Positions 36,342-40,254 of a stretch of 40,254 nucleotides of DNA are shown here, piece after piece. The notes below the pieces were generated by a model that had not been told where the DNA came from, did not search any database, and saw only the letters and a list, made by a program, of their open reading frames with translations. This DNA comes from Octopus sinensis (Eukaryota), in the NCBI RefSeq assembly GCF_006345805.1, contig NW_021835426.1:1-40254 (forward strand). The letters run 5' to 3'. Positions within the stretch are counted from its first letter, which is position 1; each line of letters opens with the position of its first letter. Made by a program: the position numbers and the translations under genes.

Positions 36342-36415
36342 CTATAATTATATATATATATCATATATATATATACATATATACATAGATAGATATGTAT
36401 GTATATGCATGTATA

Positions 36416-36464
36416 TCCTTAAAATCCTTTAAAATGTTTTAGACCGAAGGCCGCGGCCATGCTG
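36416..36464 (-). mobile_element. Retroposon (LINE/SINE-type) 3' tail fused to the U6 copy
   Basis: CAGCATGGCCGC-GGCCTTCGGTC-TAAAACA-TTTTAAAGGA-TTTTAAGGA. The first 12 nt are identical to the SINE family A tail in this window (e.g. ~34763-34774), followed by a hairpin and short terminal repeats. Confidence 0.75.
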
Positions 36465-36566
36465 AAAAAATATGGAACGCTTCACGAATTTGCGTGTCAT
36501 CCTTGCGCAGGGACCATGCTAATATTCTCTGTATCGTTCCAATTTTAGAATATGTACTGCCGTAGC
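36465..36566 (-). pseudogene. U6: U6 snRNA retrocopy lacking ~6 nt at the 5' end
   Basis: Minus strand reads GCTACGGCAGTACATATTCTAAAATTGGAACGATACAGAGAATATTAGCATGGTCCCTGCGCAAGGATGACACGCAAATTCGTGAAGCGTTCCATATTTTTT. It has 5 substitutions versus the canonical human U6 as I recall it. The ACAGAGA box and AGC triad are intact. Confidence 0.95.
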
Positions 36567-36655
36567 TATATATATACGTCTGAGACCCAGACATATATAC
36601 AGAGCGCAAGCATTTACATACATATGAGTACACAAACACACATACACTCACACAT

Positions 36656-36730
<75 letters not shown>

Positions 36731-36999
36731 CAAGAGAAATGTGTGCGGTTTATGGCTATAAGATAAAAGTTGACCTACTAGAGTACATCTTAACTCAATC
36801 ATAATGAAAGCATGAATCATAAAGTGTTATTACAAGCAATTAAAATTAATTAAGGTTTTCGACGCTAGTCTCTCGTGGGAGATGAGACTAGAATGAAATT
36901 TTAATACACAATATTAAGGAATTGTAATTATCCGCAGCATAGAATGTTGATTGCTTGCCGTACATCAAGCCTCGCGGAAAACGAATTCTTCTGTACAGA

Positions 37000-37290
37000 C
37001 TTATCATGTATGTATAGGTCACTGTGTCACCGTAACGACTAGACTATCAGATGTAGCTATATCTCTCTATATCTCGCTGCTCACAATGCGCTTCCTGGTG
37101 TTTTTTCATTTGCCCTTGCGTGATAACTCCCATGATGCCTTGGTGTTCAGGCTAACATTCGCCTTGAAAGGTACGTCAATCCATCTGAGGCGAAAGCAAC
37201 GTGAAATAACGTGTTTTGCAGATGTACGTAACGCACCGCTACTCCGCAAATTGAAACCGCGATCCTGCCATCGGGTATGCAACTATATTA
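37000..37290 (-). mobile_element. SINE family C-like remnant
   Basis: GCAACGTGAAATAACGTGTTTTGC..AACGCACCG..TTGAAACCGCGATC. Confidence 0.5.
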
Positions 37291-37542
37291 CTCATTATTC
37301 TATATGGTGTGTACAATGATTGAGTAAGGAGCTTTCTCATAATGACGACCAGATTACTTGAATTCATATATATATATATATATATATCATTAATTTGCCT
37401 GTACGGCTAATAGTTCGCTTACCACTTATGATAGTATTTTAATAATACCATCCCTATATCTATATCTTTATATGTGTGTATATATATATATATGTATATA
37501 TATATATGCAGAAGTGCAAATATATACATACAAACACACAGA

Positions 37543-37583
<41 letters not shown>

Positions 37584-37639
37584 ACTCACACATACACAAG
37601 CACATGAATCTATGAGTATATCCATGTATATGTATATAG

Positions 37640-37668
37640 ATAGATAGACAGACAGAGAGACACATAGA

Positions 37669-37708
<40 letters not shown>

Positions 37709-37728
37709 TAGACAGACAGACAGATATG

Positions 37729-37802
<74 letters not shown>

Positions 37803-37826
37803 TAGATAGATAGATAGATAGATAGA
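37640..37826. repeat. (GATA)n/(GACA)n microsatellite
   Basis: Direct reading. Confidence 0.95.
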
Positions 37827-38341
37827 AAATCCATCGTGTGAGGGCTTCTCTTGGTGTTTATTACAACTGAAGTATATCAAGGCGCCATATCAAGAGAGGA
37901 AGGAGAAGGTACTCACCGAAGACGGGGGGAGAAAAAATAGCAATCAGATATTCGACTTAGGAGGATTTTATTAGGAAGGAATGGATACGATATTATTAGA
38001 AGAAACTGGTTTCTTAGCAGTTTCGAAGTAACTCATATTTCTACGGAGATAAAACTTTTGCAACGTGTAATCTTGAATTCGATCTACATATATTATAAAC
38101 TCGATTTAACCATAATTAATCCAGTTTAATTACTGTTCCCCCCACGCTGAAAGTAACAATTTGTATTATATGCATGTGCGTTACATGTATGTATATGCAC
38201 TAGAATATATATTTGTATGTGCACATTTACACACACATATTTACACACACAGAGACGCACATACATCTATATATACATAGATACATATACATACATACAT
38301 ACATACACACATACATACACACACACATATATATATCATTA

Positions 38342-38377
<36 letters not shown>

Positions 38378-39121
38378 CTGGTTACTGGGTGTAAAAATTA
38401 ATTTCGATGTAACTAGAATTTAATGAGATCACCTAATGAACAACTAGGCTATCACAATTATGAGTCTCATTAAACATATGATTAATCGACTATGTGTTAT
38501 TATCTTAATTATTCATTATCAGTTGCCAACAGACTTGAACACATTGGTAAAAACGAGAAATCTAGCTGAGAGACAGAGATAGGCATTTTGAATAATAACG
38601 ATTTCTTGTTGGCTGATTCTCGGTCCTTTCCGCTATCTTAACGTCTTGTTTTTTTTCTTCTTTTTGTATGTGACGTCGTCCCAACCAAGGTTTGAGGGCT
38701 CTGCAAAGTAAAGGGCTACATAGGAAGAAGAGGAGGGGCTTGCAAATTAAAATATGTCGATTGGCAGAGAGCTTAAAGGACTGATTAGTATACACCAGAG
38801 GGAATCAAGATGATGGCAGTGAGTTGGAAAGAACTGCTGGTCTCGGAAAGAATCAATTTGAATTGAAAGATTTATAAATTAACAACAAGCTCAACAGAAA
38901 CGATTCGCCCGGGGGCAGGAGTGGGTGGTACATTTGAAGGTCCTGGCACAGGGTACTAAAACAAAAATTCCATCCGAGCAATGAACACGGAAACAAGTCT
39001 TTAAAAAATAAAGATAAATTTCGACTATTAGCCAAAGACTGTTACCTGGTAGAATGTAAGGGCCCAGCGCTATTCTGAATTCGATCCAGTGGAGGTAGAA
39101 TCCCGAAGATGACAGTAGAAT

Positions 39122-39300
39122 CGGTCTCAAATTTTGACACAAGACCAGCAATGTGTGTGATGGCGGGTAAGTCGATTAAATCGACCCAGTACTCAACTGG
39201 TAATTATTTCATCGACCCCAAAATGATGAAAGGCAAAATCTACCGCGGTAGAGTTTGAACGCGGCACGTAAATGCAAACGATGTTGCCGGCTTGCCGCCT
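39122..39300 (-). mobile_element. Degenerate SINE family B
   Basis: AGTCGATTAAATCGACCCAGT..ATCGACCCCAAAATGATGAAAGGCAAA. Confidence 0.65.
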
Positions 39301-39470
39301 TAAACATAACACTAGGCCGGCAATTTCGGAGGTTGCCCGCCCGATCGTAGGATCTGCTTTCAATTCCCGGAGCTGTGTTGTGTTATGTACTTTAGCAAAA
39401 CACTTCATTCCACATTACTTGAGTCCACACAGCCAACAAGAGCAGGGAAAAGGTATCAGATATTCGGGGA
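39300..39470 (+). mobile_element. SINE family C, degenerate
   Basis: CCGATCGTAGG..CAATTCCCGG..AGCAAAACACTTCATTCCAC..GAGTCCACACAGC. Confidence 0.55.
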
Positions 39471-39888
39471 GAAGGTAAGTCGAGACTTCAACCCCAGCGA
39501 TCCACTGGTACTTATTCTGCCGACCGCGAAGACATGAAAAGCAGAATGGAGCCGGCTGAATTCGAACCAGGCACGTAAACACGGATTAAATACCTATTTC
39601 TTTACTACCCACAAGGGGCTAAACACAGAGAGGACAAACAAGGACAGACAAATGGATTAAGTTGATTATATCGACCCCCGTGCGTAACTGGTACTTATTT
39701 AATCGACCCCGAAAGGATGAAAGGCAAAGTCGACATCGGCGGAATTTGAACTCAGAACGTAACGGCAGACGAAATACCTATTTCTTTACTACCCACAAGG
39801 GGCTAAACACAAAGAGGACAAACAAGGACAGACAAACGGATTAAGTCGATTACATCGACCCCAGTGCGTAACTGGTACTTATTTAATC
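39470..39888 (-). mobile_element. SINE family B with 184-bp tandem units
   Basis: TACCTATTTCTTTACTACCC at 39591 and 39775. Confidence 0.85.
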
Positions 39889-40020
39889 TACAACGAATCA
39901 TTTGATAAAGGCAGCCATATTGACAACGTCATTTGTCCCCCCCTCTCTCACTCTCTCTCCATATCTCTTTCTTACTTCCACATTAAGTGTAATAATAGTA
40001 TATCTCTCTTTTTCTTTTTT

Positions 40021-40230
40021 CTCTTTTTACTTGTTTCAGTTATTTTGACAGCGGCCATGCTGGAGCACCGCCTTTAATCGAGCAACTCGAACCCCGGGAC
40101 TTATTCTTTCTAAGCCCAGTACTTATTCTATCGGTCTCTTTTGCCGAAATCGCTAAGTGATGGGGGCATAAACACACCAGTTCGGTTGTCAAGCAATGCT
40201 AGGGGACAACACAACACACAAACACACACA
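40021..40230 (-). mobile_element. SINE family A, 3' half
   Basis: Family tail and body up to the window end. Confidence 0.85.
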
Positions 40231-40254
40231 TGCTATATTATATACATATATTCG

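Noticed and set aside
36465-36605. Functional U6 gene with a TATA box at ~36592-36600
   Set aside because: The 5' ~6 nt are missing, which breaks the 5' stem. There is a G>T change in the U2/U4-pairing segment, the TATA-like string is part of TA-rich repeat, no PSE was recognised, and a retroposon tail is attached.
36865-36891. Hairpin CTAGTCTC..GAGACTAG as a Helitron 3' end or hammerhead
   Set aside because: CTAG is part of the stem rather than ~10 nt downstream, no 5' TC end was identified, and the hammerhead core is not canonical on either strand.
37850-38120. Possible pLTR remnant (minus-strand GAAACTGCTAAGA and GTGAGT donor)
   Set aside because: No CTGANGA core is present, and the assignment would rest only on remembered similarity.
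38520-38740. Strong-looking minus-strand splice acceptor (pyrimidine tract + TTTGCAG, exon would start at 38700)
   Set aside because: All three frames stop within about 50 codons, no convincing donor was found, and no peptide was recognised. RNA-seq would be needed.

Overview
Eukaryotic, AT-rich, microsatellite-saturated non-genic (intergenic or intronic) DNA. The repeat families look like those I recognise from coleoid cephalopods, most likely Octopus; this is pattern recognition, not a database result. I found no host protein-coding gene, and nearly every ORF in the supplied track is a translation of (TA)n/(CA)n/(CAT)n repeats. The main contents are: (1) a near-complete Penelope-like retroelement (RT plus C-terminal GIY-YIG, 24020-26016) bracketed by ~1.06-1.1 kb inverted repeats, each carrying an outward-facing minimal hammerhead ribozyme; (2) a U6 snRNA copy fused directly to a retroposon 3' tail (36416-36566, minus); (3) a nest of 5'-truncated R4/Dong-type RLE retrotransposons in (TAA)n tracts (15754-18367); (4) a 463-bp TIR element containing TTAGGG repeats with an apparent 15-bp target-site duplication (18918-19380); (5) many tRNA-headed SINEs of three families, one forming 184-bp head-to-tail arrays; (6) further PLE remnants and a piggyBac-like MITE. 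Coordinates were counted by hand; those of degenerate repeats are approximate.
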